Of a DNA stretch of 64,000 bases, positions 37,948 through 48,047 are shown in pieces; position 1 is the stretch's first letter; every line of letters begins with the position of its first letter. The stretch lies in NCBI GenBank assembly GCA_016932415.1, contig JAFGCX010000034.1:9002-73001 (forward strand). Reading direction: 5' to 3'. The position numbers were made by a program, and so were the translations under genes. The stretch is from Candidatus Krumholzibacteriota bacterium. Its GTDB lineage: Bacteria; Krumholzibacteriota; Krumholzibacteriia; Krumholzibacteriales; Krumholzibacteriaceae. A model generated the notes under the pieces. That model made no database searches and was not told where the DNA came from. It saw nothing but the letters and a program-made list of their open reading frames with translations.

Positions 37948-37967
37948 AAACCGATGGAGCGAAGAGA

Positions 37968-38732
37968 TTGAGATCATCCGATAAAAAGCACTGGAGTGAC
38001 TTCTGGGAGGCGTCCGGCGACGTCGCCGAAGTATACGATAACGAGGGAAGGGTAAGCAGGCATTTCTCGACAGTCGGCGACTACAAGGGCATGAGGATAC
38101 TCGAGGTCGGTGCCGGCACGGGCAGAGATGGAATATACATGGCCCGGGAGGGAGCATCCGTCGTATCTCTCGATTACAGCCTTTCAAGCCTCGGGATGAT
38201 CGGTGGACAGCTCAGCGAGGAGGATGATGTCGCGTTGTGCTGCGCCGACGCTTTCAGGCTTCCTTTCGGGGATGAGACATTCGATCTGGTCTTTCATCAG
38301 GGCCTGCTCGAGCATTTCCGTAATCCAGAAGATATGATGTCGGAACACCGCCGGGTCCTCAAAAAAGGTGGGTATATCCTCGTCGATGTTCCGCAGAGAT
38401 GGCACTACTATACCCTGATCAAACATCTTTTCATACTTATAGGGAAATGGTTTGCCGGGTGGGAAACGGAATTCTCGCCCAGGCAGCTTGAAAGGTTGCT
38501 GATCGACAATTCATTCGAGATAGTCAAGACGTACGGGGAATGGCTCAATCCACCGATCTGGTTCAGGATCCTCAGAAAGGCACTGATGCCCGCGGGGATA
38601 AAACTCCCGATGTATCCGGCGATATTCACCGCGACAAGGAGGATCTTTTCCGGTCTTCGCGGCAGGATACTCGGCACGCGCATCGCGTTGTATTTTACAG
38701 TGGTGACAGGTTCGATAGCGAGAAAGAAATAA
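37968..38732 (+). CDS. Class I SAM-dependent methyltransferase (Methyltransf_11-like)
   Basis: Motif I ILEVGAGTGRDG, acidic motif II SLDYS, motif III FDLVFHQGLLEHF. Confidence 0.8.
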   Translation: MRSSDKKHWSDFWEASGDVAEVYDNEGRVSRHFSTVGDYKGMRILEVGAGTGRDGIYMAREGASVVSLDYSLSSLGMIGGQLSEEDDVALCCADAFRLPFGDETFDLVFHQGLLEHFRNPEDMMSEHRRVLKKGGYILVDVPQRWHYYTLIKHLFILIGKWFAGWETEFSPRQLERLLIDNSFEIVKTYGEWLNPPIWFRILRKALMPAGIKLPMYPAIFTATRRIFSGLRGRILGTRIALYFTVVTGSIARKK

Positions 38733-38744
38733 AGAGGAGAGAAT

Positions 38745-39857
38745 GTGAGGATAGTCGCGCTAAACTGGAGAGACCTGAAGCATCCCGAAGCTGGAGGGGC
38801 GGAAGTACATCTGCACGAGATCCTGGCCCATCTGGGCCGGTGGGGTCATGACGTGGTCGAGATCACATCAGGTTTTCCAGGATCGGGCAGAGATGATGAG
38901 ATAGATGGAGTAAGGATAATCAGGGGGGGACACTGGTACGACGCAAACTTCGTCCTTCCATTGATAGCGCGCGGATATATAAGCAAAAACCAGGTAGATG
39001 TCGTCCTTGAAGATATCAACAAGCTGCCTTTTTTCATGCCGCTGTACACAAAGGTCCCCGTGGTCGGCGTGATACCTCATCTTTTCGGTACGACGGTATT
39101 CAGGGAAGCAAACTGGCTGATAGGGACATATGTGGTCATAATGGAAAAGCTCATACCGGGGATCTTCAAAAATAACAGATTTATGGTCATTAGTCCCAGC
39201 ACGGCTGATGATCTTGCCGCGCGGGGCGTCGACCGGGAAAGAATAGACGTGGTCCTGTGCGGTCTCGATCATGACAGGTACCGCGATCTTTCGCTTGAAC
39301 GATTCGACCGCCCGACGATCGTTCATCTGGGAAGGTTGAGAAAGTATAAAAGCGTCGAGGTCGCCATACGGGCGATGAAGACAATAGTAAAGAGAATACC
39401 TGACGCGAGGCTTGTCATAATAGGAGACGGCCCATACAGGCGGGAGTTGGAGAGAGAGGCCGCGAATATCGGTCTGTCCGGCGCTATCGAGTTCAGGGGA
39501 TATATGGATCCGGGCGCCCTCGTCGAGTATCTCAACAGGGCCCATCTGCTCTTCAATCCCAGTCCGAAAGAAGGTTGGGGGTTGACAGTGGTGGAAGCCA
39601 ATGCCTGCGGTCTTCCTGTCGTGGCCAGCGACAGGCCCGGTCTGAGGGACTCGGTCATCGACAGGGCGACCGGATTTCTTGTCCCCTATGCCGATTCTGA
39701 TGCTTTCGCGGGGAAAGCCCTCGAGATCCTGGAGGATGCGGCCCTATGGAAAGAAATGAGCGACAATTCCCTCAGGCGGGTCAAGGAACTGACATGGGAG
39801 CGTTGCGCCAGGGAAACCGAGAATATTCTTCTCGGTCTGACAGACAGGGATCAATAG
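38745..39857 (+). CDS. Glycosyltransferase family 4 (GT-B, retaining)
   Basis: N-terminal GT4 domain, C-terminal EGWGLTVVEANACGLPVVASD...TGFLV signature. Confidence 0.85.
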   Translation: MRIVALNWRDLKHPEAGGAEVHLHEILAHLGRWGHDVVEITSGFPGSGRDDEIDGVRIIRGGHWYDANFVLPLIARGYISKNQVDVVLEDINKLPFFMPLYTKVPVVGVIPHLFGTTVFREANWLIGTYVVIMEKLIPGIFKNNRFMVISPSTADDLAARGVDRERIDVVLCGLDHDRYRDLSLERFDRPTIVHLGRLRKYKSVEVAIRAMKTIVKRIPDARLVIIGDGPYRRELEREAANIGLSGAIEFRGYMDPGALVEYLNRAHLLFNPSPKEGWGLTVVEANACGLPVVASDRPGLRDSVIDRATGFLVPYADSDAFAGKALEILEDAALWKEMSDNSLRRVKELTWERCARETENILLGLTDRDQ

Positions 39858-39869
39858 CGGGAAAGACGA

Positions 39870-40832
39870 TTGAAGTTAAAAAGATTATCATTTCAACTTT
39901 TGAAAGTGGCGGTGAGCGCCGGACTGATAATATATCTCCTGGGAAGGAAATCCCCGGGAGAACTCGCTGTCTATCTGAAGGATATAGATCCTCTTCTGAT
40001 GGTTCTCGCTGTCCTGATCTTCTTCTCAAGCAGCCTTCTTGGCGCGGTGCAGTGGCATATCCTTCTGAGGGCGGCCGGAGTGGACCTGCCTTTCGGAAAG
40101 ACTTTCCGTTTATATTTTACCGGCCTGTTTTTTAATAATTTTCTCCCCGCGAATGTCGGCGGCGACGCGGTCAAGATATTCGATGTCGTCAGGACGGGGA
40201 ACGATCCCCATAAGGTGTTTGCCGTTACCCTTCTTGACAGGGTCTTTGGAATAACCGGGTTGTGCCTGCTAGCGCTTGGTGCCTCGATATTTTTATCGGC
40301 CGGTGGTTCAGCCAGTTATGATAAAATCTATATCCTGGTCTTTCTGGCCTGTCTTGTCCCCATATTTCTTCTTGCCCTGAATAAAAGGATCTCCGGATCG
40401 TTCAGAACGATCATGGGAAAGATACAATGGTGGGGTATAGGCGAAAGGATCGACCAGGTTCTCTCTCACCTGGGGGGGCTGATAAATCTCAGATCGATGT
40501 CAATCAGACTTTTAGCGCTGACTCTCCTGATCCAGGCGCTGCGCGTCGCGACGCATATTTTTATCGGCAGATCCCTTGGAATAGATATTTCAACGATGTC
40601 AGCGATACATTTCTTTGTCTTTGTACCCCTGCTCGGCCTGATCATGATCCTGCCAGTCTCTATCAACGGACTTGGTCTGAGGGAAGGGGCGGGTGTCGTA
40701 CTTTTTATGCAGATCGGTATCGGTGAGGAACTGGCGGTACTGATGGAGTTTATAACATATGTGGTGCAGGTGGCAGTCAGCCTGCTTGGCGGTATCTTTT
40801 TTATTTTGAGAAAGAAGGCCAATAACGGATAA
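39870..40832 (+). CDS. Flippase-like domain protein (MprF lysyl-PG synthase TM-domain family / UPF0104)
   Basis: Eight predicted TM helices; family signature FNNFLPANVGGDAVKIFDV; TTG start. Confidence 0.7.
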   Translation: MKLKRLSFQLLKVAVSAGLIIYLLGRKSPGELAVYLKDIDPLLMVLAVLIFFSSSLLGAVQWHILLRAAGVDLPFGKTFRLYFTGLFFNNFLPANVGGDAVKIFDVVRTGNDPHKVFAVTLLDRVFGITGLCLLALGASIFLSAGGSASYDKIYILVFLACLVPIFLLALNKRISGSFRTIMGKIQWWGIGERIDQVLSHLGGLINLRSMSIRLLALTLLIQALRVATHIFIGRSLGIDISTMSAIHFFVFVPLLGLIMILPVSINGLGLREGAGVVLFMQIGIGEELAVLMEFITYVVQVAVSLLGGIFFILRKKANNG

Positions 40833-40906
40833 TGTGGAAAGGGTCCAGGATCAGTTTGCCTGCCGATCTGCCGGACCCCGGCGAGGATATCAAGAAAGGG
40901 TTTTAC

Positions 40907-43474
40907 ATGTCGGAAAAAACGATAAACAGATCGATAGCCACTTTGATCTTCATTATAAGCCTCGCAGTCTACGTGATGACGATGGCTGCCACTACATCAT
41001 TCTGGGATTCAGGCGAATTTATAGCGACTTCCTATACTCTGGGGATTCCCCATTCACCAGGGACTCCGTTATATGTCCTTGTCGGCCGCGTGTTCTGTCT
41101 TCTTCCTCTAGCCCTCTCCGCCGCGCAGAAAGTCAATCTGCTTTCAGCCGTGTCAGCCGCTCTCGGAGTGCTCATGGCTTACCTCGTCATGGTCGAGGTA
41201 GTGAGGTTCATGTACGGAAAGGGAGAGAGCGTTCTTGGAAAGTTCATCAGATTCTCGGGTCCGGTGGCTGGTTCCTTTTTTCTGACTTTTTCCGATACGT
41301 ACTGGACCAACGCTTCCGAATCGGAAGTCTATGCCCTGAGCACTTTTGTCATGGGTCTCTGCACCGTCCTCGCGCTCAGATGGCTGAGAGATCCTTCATG
41401 CGAGATGACTGCCGCTGAAAAAGATGAGATAGTCCGGTCGGCCGAAAAGGCGCAAGGAAAGAAACTTATTGATGAACTCGAAGAAAAGAAGAAAGGGCGG
41501 TCGAGGAATATAATCCTTCTCATAGTTTATCTTCTCTCTCTCGGGATAGGATTTCATCTCGGGACAGTCATGGTCTATGGCGGGATATTCCTCATGCTCG
41601 TGCTGATCAGGGAAAAAGCGTTCAGTAACTACGAACTTATTGTGTTTACATTCGGATTCGGAATCCTGATAGCCGACATGACGCTGCATAAATATTCCGG
41701 CCTGACGGCAGTCCTTCTCGTGATTTTCGCGATCATGGTGATCTGGACAACGATGTCGAAGGGCAGGTTCGCGCTCCACGCGACCATCCTTCTCATCCTC
41801 GGATTATCGGCGCATCTTTTTTTGCTGATCAGGTCTCACATGGATCCGGAACTCGACATGGTCGATCCCGAGAACTGGAGGGCTCTGTACGCGCATCTTC
41901 GAAGGGAACAGTATCCTCCCATAAACGTCATGGTTCGAAAATCTTCGATGCTGTTCCAGTTCGGACAGTTCGGCAGGTATTTCAGGGAACAGTTCCGTCT
42001 CGCGGGAGACCTGTTGCTGGGACCTTTCCACATAGGGAAAGCTTCGATCGTCGTTCCCGTGGCGCTTGGCATATACGGGATCGTCTCCAATTTCGTAAAG
42101 GAACGCAAGACCTGGATCTTGAACTTTACCAATCTTGCCATCAATACCCTCGGACTGATCATTCTGCTTAATTTCAGCGATTCAGAGCCTCGCGAGAGGG
42201 ATTATTTCTACGGTCCAGGATTTTATTTTTTCGCCATATTCATCGGTATCGGAGCATCGGCATTTTTGATGATGCTGCTAGAGCAGGTCAAGGAGACCGG
42301 CCGCGACCTCAGAAAACTGATCGTCCCGGCGGGAGTCCTGATAATACTTCTATCCCTTCTTCCAGCGGCTCACCAGTGGCACAGGCACGACCGGTCAAAT
42401 AATTATCTCGCGCGCGACTATGCCTATAACATGCTGGCAAGCCTCGAACCGGACGCGATCCTGGTCACTAACGGAGATAACGACACTTACCCTCTCTGGT
42501 ATATACAGAACGTCGAACATTTCAGGACCGACGTAAGGATTGTCAACCGGATGCTGCTTAATACCTCGTGGTACGTGAAGCAGGTCAGAGATCATATTCC
42601 CGGGGCGCCGATCACCTGGACTGACGACCAGATAGACAGCCTTCGGCCGGTACGCAGCGAACGCGACGGGGGTATAATATGGGTCTATAACAGGGTGCTC
42701 GACCACATAATAAAGACAGCAGGCTGGAAGAGGCCGATATATTTCGGTGTCACCGTTCCCCGCGAAGTCTGGGAAAGATACTCTGATTACCTCGAGATGC
42801 AGGGGATGGTAAGGAGACTCGTGCCGGTCAAGGGAAGGTATATGGTCAACGATTTAATGATGGCGCGGAATCTTGCCGATATCTACAGGTGGAAAGGTGT
42901 ACTTACCGCGGACGGGAAACATGATTATTCGATCTATAAATCGGAAGATGTCCTGACTATGTACCAGAACTATTCGGTGGCCACGATGCAGCTGGCGATG
43001 AATTGCGCCATCGCCGATGATTATCCAGGAGCTGTCAGATGGGGCGAGATGACGTTCAATATCAGTCCTTTCTTCGAATGGGGACGTAAGGAACTGGGCG
43101 TATATTATATCAGGAACGGCCAGGCTGAGAAAGCCGTTGATTATTACAAGGACAGGCTGAAGACAGATCCGGGCAATGGAGAATTCTGGGTAGGTATCGC
43201 CGCCGCCTATGAAAGCATGGGACAGATAGAGAATTCGCTGAGCATACTTCGCAGGGGTTCGGCGATGTCTCCAGATCACAAGGATATCTTCAAGCACGGT
43301 TTCCAGATGGCAGCTCTGCTTGGAAAAAGGGATGAAGCCGTTTTTTTCGTCAGTGACTGGATCGAGAGGCATCCCGACGACAGGGAGTTCAAGGCTCTTT
43401 TCGATGATATCGACCGCGTACTGATCGAAGAATTCGGATTCGGAGATGATACCGATTCAACAGGAACGCGATAG
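40907..43474 (+). CDS. DUF2723/TMEM260-like GT-C-fold membrane glycosyltransferase with C-terminal TPR repeats (paralog A)
   Basis: N-terminal FWDSGEFIATSYTLGIPHSPGTPLYVLVGRVF motif matching the GDSGE...HPPGYPL signature I recall for TMEM260/DUF2723; more than 10 TM helices; large extracytoplasmic domain; C-terminal TPR-like helical repeats. ATG 40907 after an AAGAAAGGG RBS. Confidence 0.7.
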   Translation: MSEKTINRSIATLIFIISLAVYVMTMAATTSFWDSGEFIATSYTLGIPHSPGTPLYVLVGRVFCLLPLALSAAQKVNLLSAVSAALGVLMAYLVMVEVVRFMYGKGESVLGKFIRFSGPVAGSFFLTFSDTYWTNASESEVYALSTFVMGLCTVLALRWLRDPSCEMTAAEKDEIVRSAEKAQGKKLIDELEEKKKGRSRNIILLIVYLLSLGIGFHLGTVMVYGGIFLMLVLIREKAFSNYELIVFTFGFGILIADMTLHKYSGLTAVLLVIFAIMVIWTTMSKGRFALHATILLILGLSAHLFLLIRSHMDPELDMVDPENWRALYAHLRREQYPPINVMVRKSSMLFQFGQFGRYFREQFRLAGDLLLGPFHIGKASIVVPVALGIYGIVSNFVKERKTWILNFTNLAINTLGLIILLNFSDSEPRERDYFYGPGFYFFAIFIGIGASAFLMMLLEQVKETGRDLRKLIVPAGVLIILLSLLPAAHQWHRHDRSNNYLARDYAYNMLASLEPDAILVTNGDNDTYPLWYIQNVEHFRTDVRIVNRMLLNTSWYVKQVRDHIPGAPITWTDDQIDSLRPVRSERDGGIIWVYNRVLDHIIKTAGWKRPIYFGVTVPREVWERYSDYLEMQGMVRRLVPVKGRYMVNDLMMARNLADIYRWKGVLTADGKHDYSIYKSEDVLTMYQNYSVATMQLAMNCAIADDYPGAVRWGEMTFNISPFFEWGRKELGVYYIRNGQAEKAVDYYKDRLKTDPGNGEFWVGIAAAYESMGQIENSLSILRRGSAMSPDHKDIFKHGFQMAALLGKRDEAVFFVSDWIERHPDDREFKALFDDIDRVLIEEFGFGDDTDSTGTR

Positions 43475-43580
43475 GAGAATTTTCTTCCAATCTCCCGGTA
43501 ATTATTGTTATTCTCTCGGAACGATTGTTCCTGTCGAGAAATCAGAACGTTGATGCACAGATTATGGAAAGGTGACGTAA

Positions 43581-46142
43581 ATGTCGGAGAAACTGATCCA
43601 CCGGTCGCTTGCCGTCCTGATATTCCTGATCAGCCTGACCGTTTATGTGAGGACGATGGCTGTGAGCGTATCATTCTGGGACGCTGGTGAATTTATCGCG
43701 ACCTCCTATATTCTCGGCATCCCCCACTCACCGGGGACACCTCTATACGTACTTGTCGGAAGAGTCTTCTGCCTTCTTCCCCTGGCTCTTTCCACCGCGC
43801 AGAAGGTTAATTTTCTGTCAGCACTTTCAGCGTCGCTCGGTATCCTGATGATATACCTGTCGAGCCTCTATGCGATCAGATTCATATTCGGCAAGGCGAA
43901 GACCACCGCGGGGAGGATAGCGAGATACGCTGGACCTGTGACAGGCTCGTTCTTTCTTGCTTTCAGCGATACGTACTGGACGAACGCTTCAGAAGCAGAG
44001 GTATACGCGCTGAGCGCTTTCGTCATGGGTTTTTGCACCATGCTGGCGCTTAAGTGGCTCGGATCCGCTTATGGACAGTTTGGTCCGGGAGACGGGGACG
44101 GAAGAATCGACGATGCCGCCGCAGGAAGCCTACCTCCTGGACCGGCGGAAAAAAGAAAAAACAATTCAAGGAACACGATCCTGCTGATCATCTATCTTCT
44201 TTCGCTGGGGATTGGATTTCATCTCGGCACTATCCTCGTATACGCCGGTATTTTAATAATGCTCATGATGGTGAAGGAAAAAGCGATAAGCAACGTTGAA
44301 CTCCTCATCTTCACGTTCGGGTTCGGAGTGATGGTCGCTGATATGACTGTGCACAGAAACACGACCATTACGCTGGTACTTCTGGCGATCTTCGCCGTCC
44401 TGGTCGTATGGTCGACCTTGTCAAAGGGAAGATTCGTGCTTTTCGCGACTGGTCTTTTTATCCTTGGTATTTCTGTACATCTTTTTCTGATGATCCGGTC
44501 GGGACTGAATCCTGCAATAGATGAGGTCGATCCGGAGAGCTGGAAATCGCTTTACGCCGTCCTGCGCCGGGAGCAGTATCCTCCGATGAATATTTTCGCG
44601 AGGAAGGCGCCGCTACTCTTTCAGATCGAACATTTTACATCCTATTTCGCGAAACAGTTCAAAGTCACTGGTGATTTTTTCGCCGGTCCGTTCAATCTCG
44701 GTATCCTGTCCGCGTTGATCCCCGTCGGATTAGGCATATTCGGTATCGTCGCCAACTATATCAGAGAGAAAAAAAGCTGGGCGCTGAATTTTACGAACCT
44801 GGTGATAAATTCGGCAGGCCTGATAATCTTCCTGAACTTTACAAATCATGAAGTGAGGGAGCGGGATTATTTTTACGGTGCCGCCTTCTATTTCTTCGCC
44901 ATTTTTATTGCTATCGGCGCGACAGCCGTGTTGATGCTGATGTTGGATCAGGCAAAGAAGACCCGGCAGAATCAAGCGCGGTTTGTGGTTCCCGTGGCGG
45001 CATTCCTGATCATCTGTTCGTTGCTTCCTTCTACGCACCAGTGGTACACGCACGACAGGTCGGACGATTTCATAGCGCGCGACTACGCTTATAATATTCT
45101 TTCAGGGCTCGAACCGGACGCCATCATTTTTACCAACGGGGATAACGATACATTTCCTCTATGGTATCTGCAGACGGTCGAGAATGTCAGACCTGACGTC
45201 AGGGTGGCGAACCTGAGCCTCCTGAACACGTCGTGGTACACGAAGCAGATAAGGGACCAGTACCCCACCGTGCCTCTCGATCTGTCAGACGAAGAAATAG
45301 ACAGGCTTAAGCCGATCCGCGTCCAGGACGGGATACTATGGAAGAAGGATCTGCTGGTCAATCAGATAATCAGGAATACGAACTGGGCGAGACCGATATA
45401 TTTCGCCGTCACGGTCCCTGCTGACGTCTGGGACAGGTATTCAGATAATCTTGAGATGCAGGGGATGGTAAGGAGGCTCGTGCCGACGAAAGGCAAGTAT
45501 CTGGTTAACAATATCCAGATGGCCAGGAACCTCGGCGAGATCTTCATGTTCAGAGGGATCTTTACTGAAGACGGGGAGAGGGACGATTCAGTATATAAAC
45601 CGCGTGATGTCGAAAATATGTTCATAAACTTCTCGATCGCGGCGTTCCAGCTGGCTCAGTCGAGTTCGAGAAGCGGGGATGATGAAGAGGCAGTACAGTG
45701 GGCCGAGATGTCGTACAGGTTTTCGCCTGATTTCGAATGGCCCAGGAAATATCTCGGCGTTTATTATATGAAAAACAACCAGTACGAAAAGGCGATAGAC
45801 CATTACAGGAAAGAAATAGAAAGGGATCCTCAAGGCGGAGAGTTCTGGATAAATCTCGCCGCTGTCGAGGAAGAGAGAAACCAGCCAGAAAAAGCGCTGG
45901 AAATCCTCAGGGAAGGTATGGAGAGTGCCGGTTCTTTCAGGGATATTTACGGCCAGGCGTTCAGGATTGCCGCGACTCTCGGCCGGGTCGATGAGGCAAA
46001 AGGATATATAAGGAAATGGATCGATAAATATCCTGACGACGAAGAATTCAAAGCTCTTTACGATGATATAGATATAGTCCTCTTCAACGAATTCGGTATC
46101 GGTCAAGCGCAAAGCGGCGATTCCGTGGAAGGAGAAGATTGA
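43581..46142 (+). CDS. DUF2723/TMEM260-like GT-C-fold membrane glycosyltransferase with C-terminal TPR repeats (paralog B)
   Basis: Collinear paralog of the previous gene (FWDAGEFIATSYILGIPHSPGTPLYVLVGRVFCLLPLALSTAQKVN; shared FSDTYWTNASE, NGDNDT(Y/F)PLWY, NLEMQGMVRRLVP blocks). Confidence 0.7.
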   Translation: MSEKLIHRSLAVLIFLISLTVYVRTMAVSVSFWDAGEFIATSYILGIPHSPGTPLYVLVGRVFCLLPLALSTAQKVNFLSALSASLGILMIYLSSLYAIRFIFGKAKTTAGRIARYAGPVTGSFFLAFSDTYWTNASEAEVYALSAFVMGFCTMLALKWLGSAYGQFGPGDGDGRIDDAAAGSLPPGPAEKRKNNSRNTILLIIYLLSLGIGFHLGTILVYAGILIMLMMVKEKAISNVELLIFTFGFGVMVADMTVHRNTTITLVLLAIFAVLVVWSTLSKGRFVLFATGLFILGISVHLFLMIRSGLNPAIDEVDPESWKSLYAVLRREQYPPMNIFARKAPLLFQIEHFTSYFAKQFKVTGDFFAGPFNLGILSALIPVGLGIFGIVANYIREKKSWALNFTNLVINSAGLIIFLNFTNHEVRERDYFYGAAFYFFAIFIAIGATAVLMLMLDQAKKTRQNQARFVVPVAAFLIICSLLPSTHQWYTHDRSDDFIARDYAYNILSGLEPDAIIFTNGDNDTFPLWYLQTVENVRPDVRVANLSLLNTSWYTKQIRDQYPTVPLDLSDEEIDRLKPIRVQDGILWKKDLLVNQIIRNTNWARPIYFAVTVPADVWDRYSDNLEMQGMVRRLVPTKGKYLVNNIQMARNLGEIFMFRGIFTEDGERDDSVYKPRDVENMFINFSIAAFQLAQSSSRSGDDEEAVQWAEMSYRFSPDFEWPRKYLGVYYMKNNQYEKAIDHYRKEIERDPQGGEFWINLAAVEEERNQPEKALEILREGMESAGSFRDIYGQAFRIAATLGRVDEAKGYIRKWIDKYPDDEEFKALYDDIDIVLFNEFGIGQAQSGDSVEGED

Positions 46143-47101
46143 AAGGGAAAGTGGTAGTTACCGGAGCGGCGGGATTCATAGGATCCCACCTCTGTGAAAG
46201 ACTTCTCGGCGAAGGATATGAAGTGACCGGTATAGATTCGTTCACTGATTATTACGATCCGGCGAGAAAAAGGGAGAATATCAGCCATTCCCTTTCCAGA
46301 GACGGTTTTGATCTTGTCGAGGATGATTTAAACAGGTGTGACCTGCCGGCACTCTTCGATGGGGCGGCGGCTGTATTCCACCTTGCCGCCCAGGCGGGAG
46401 TCCGGAGAAGCTGGGGGAGCGAATTTTCCTTTTATATTGATTCAAATATCCTCGCTACCCAGAAGGTGCTCGAGGCTATTCGTGAGACCGGAGGCACCAG
46501 GCTCGTCTATTCCAGTTCAAGTTCAGTATACGGAGAGACGGAAGATCTCCCGATGAGCGAACAGCACCGTCTGAGACCGGTCTCTCCCTATGGAGCGACA
46601 AAGCTCTCCGGAGAAGACCTCTGCGAGCTTTACTCTTTCAATTTCGGGATCTCATTCGTCGCTCTAAGATACTTTACCGTATATGGTCCCAGGCAGAGGC
46701 CCGATATGGCTTTCAGCCGTTTTATCACGGCATCGCTCCAGGGTGGCGAGATCGAGATCTACGGTGACGGCAGGCAGACCAGGGACTTCACTTTCGTCTC
46801 AGACGCGGTCGAGGCGAATATTCTCGCTTCCAGATACGATGGAAAGGAGAAGATATTCAATATCGGGGGAGGGAGCCGAGTCTCCGTCCTCGAAGTACTT
46901 GATATTATCCGCAGGGAGACGGGAAAAGAGGTCAGTACGTTCTTCAAGGACAGAGCGAAGGGTGATGTCCTCGATACATGGGCAGATACTTCAAGAGCTC
47001 TGAATGAACTCGGATTCAAGCCTGAAGTAAAGCTTGAAGAGGGTCTGGCAAGAGAAGTCGAGTGGTACAAGGATCATATCAAAGCCCGGTCGGGGAGGTA
47101 G
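46139..47101 (+). CDS. NAD-dependent nucleotide-sugar epimerase/dehydratase (extended SDR)
   Basis: Rossmann GAAGFIGSHL, catalytic YxxxK (SPYGATK), about 320 aa. Confidence 0.85.
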   Translation: MKGKVVVTGAAGFIGSHLCERLLGEGYEVTGIDSFTDYYDPARKRENISHSLSRDGFDLVEDDLNRCDLPALFDGAAAVFHLAAQAGVRRSWGSEFSFYIDSNILATQKVLEAIRETGGTRLVYSSSSSVYGETEDLPMSEQHRLRPVSPYGATKLSGEDLCELYSFNFGISFVALRYFTVYGPRQRPDMAFSRFITASLQGGEIEIYGDGRQTRDFTFVSDAVEANILASRYDGKEKIFNIGGGSRVSVLEVLDIIRRETGKEVSTFFKDRAKGDVLDTWADTSRALNELGFKPEVKLEEGLAREVEWYKDHIKARSGR

Positions 47102-47105
47102 GGAT

Positions 47106-48047
47106 TTGGATACTGGCAAAAAACACAATATTTCGGTCGTCATTCCTCTCTATAACGAAGAAGAAAGCATAGAAGAACTTTATTCCCGGCTTGTTTCAGT
47201 ACTCGGAAAAGTGTCGGGGGATCTCGAATTGATATTCATTGACGACGGTTCCAACGATGGCTCGTTGAATATCATCCGAAAGCTCCGTGACGGCGATACG
47301 AGGGTCAAGATAATCAGTTTCAACAGGAATTACGGGAAATCTCCCGCTCTTTCGGAAGGTTTCGAAGCGGCAAAAGGAGATATCGTCGTCACGATCGATG
47401 CTGATCTGCAGGACAATCCCGACGAGATCCCGGGAATGATCGAAAAACTCGAACTGGGGTACGACCTCATCTCGGGTTGGAAGAAAAACAGGAAAGATCC
47501 GATCACCAAGACCCTTCCTTCAAAAGTCTTCAATTTTTTCGCGGCGATGATAACCGGTATCAAGCTTCACGACATCAATTGCGGGTTGAAGGTCTACAGG
47601 CGTGAAGTGGTAAAGCGGATCGATGTATATGGAGAGTTGCACAGGGTCATCCCGGTCCTGGCCGGCTGGGAAGGCTTCCGGATCGGTGAACACCGCGTCA
47701 GCCATTTCGAAAGAAAGTATGGACGCAGCAAATACGGAATGAAAAGATTTCTAAACGGGATATTCGATCTCACGACAGTGATGTTCATAACCCGCCGGTC
47801 GACTACCCCTCTTCATTTTTTCGGAAGAATAGCGGTTTTTTTCTTCACCGTCGGCGGCCTGATAAATCTATACTTTTTCTTTCAGTGGATCTTTGGAAAA
47901 GGGCTTCACGTGCGTCCGCTTATGGTCGGTGGCCTGATCATGCTTATAATCGCGGTACAGATAGGTTCGATCGGCCTGCTTGCCGAACTCTACTCATCGA
48001 ATCTCAAACGCACCTATTCCTATCGCGAGTACCTGATAGATGATTGA
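47106..48047 (+). CDS. GT2 polyprenol-phosphate glycosyltransferase (GtrB/ArnC/DPM1-like) with two C-terminal TM helices
   Basis: ISVVIPLYNEEESI, DDGSNDGS, TIDADLQD (DXD) motifs; two C-terminal TM helices typical of GtrB/ArnC/CsbB; TTG 47106 after a GGGGAGG RBS. Confidence 0.8.
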   Translation: MDTGKKHNISVVIPLYNEEESIEELYSRLVSVLGKVSGDLELIFIDDGSNDGSLNIIRKLRDGDTRVKIISFNRNYGKSPALSEGFEAAKGDIVVTIDADLQDNPDEIPGMIEKLELGYDLISGWKKNRKDPITKTLPSKVFNFFAAMITGIKLHDINCGLKVYRREVVKRIDVYGELHRVIPVLAGWEGFRIGEHRVSHFERKYGRSKYGMKRFLNGIFDLTTVMFITRRSTTPLHFFGRIAVFFFTVGGLINLYFFFQWIFGKGLHVRPLMVGGLIMLIIAVQIGSIGLLAELYSSNLKRTYSYREYLIDD

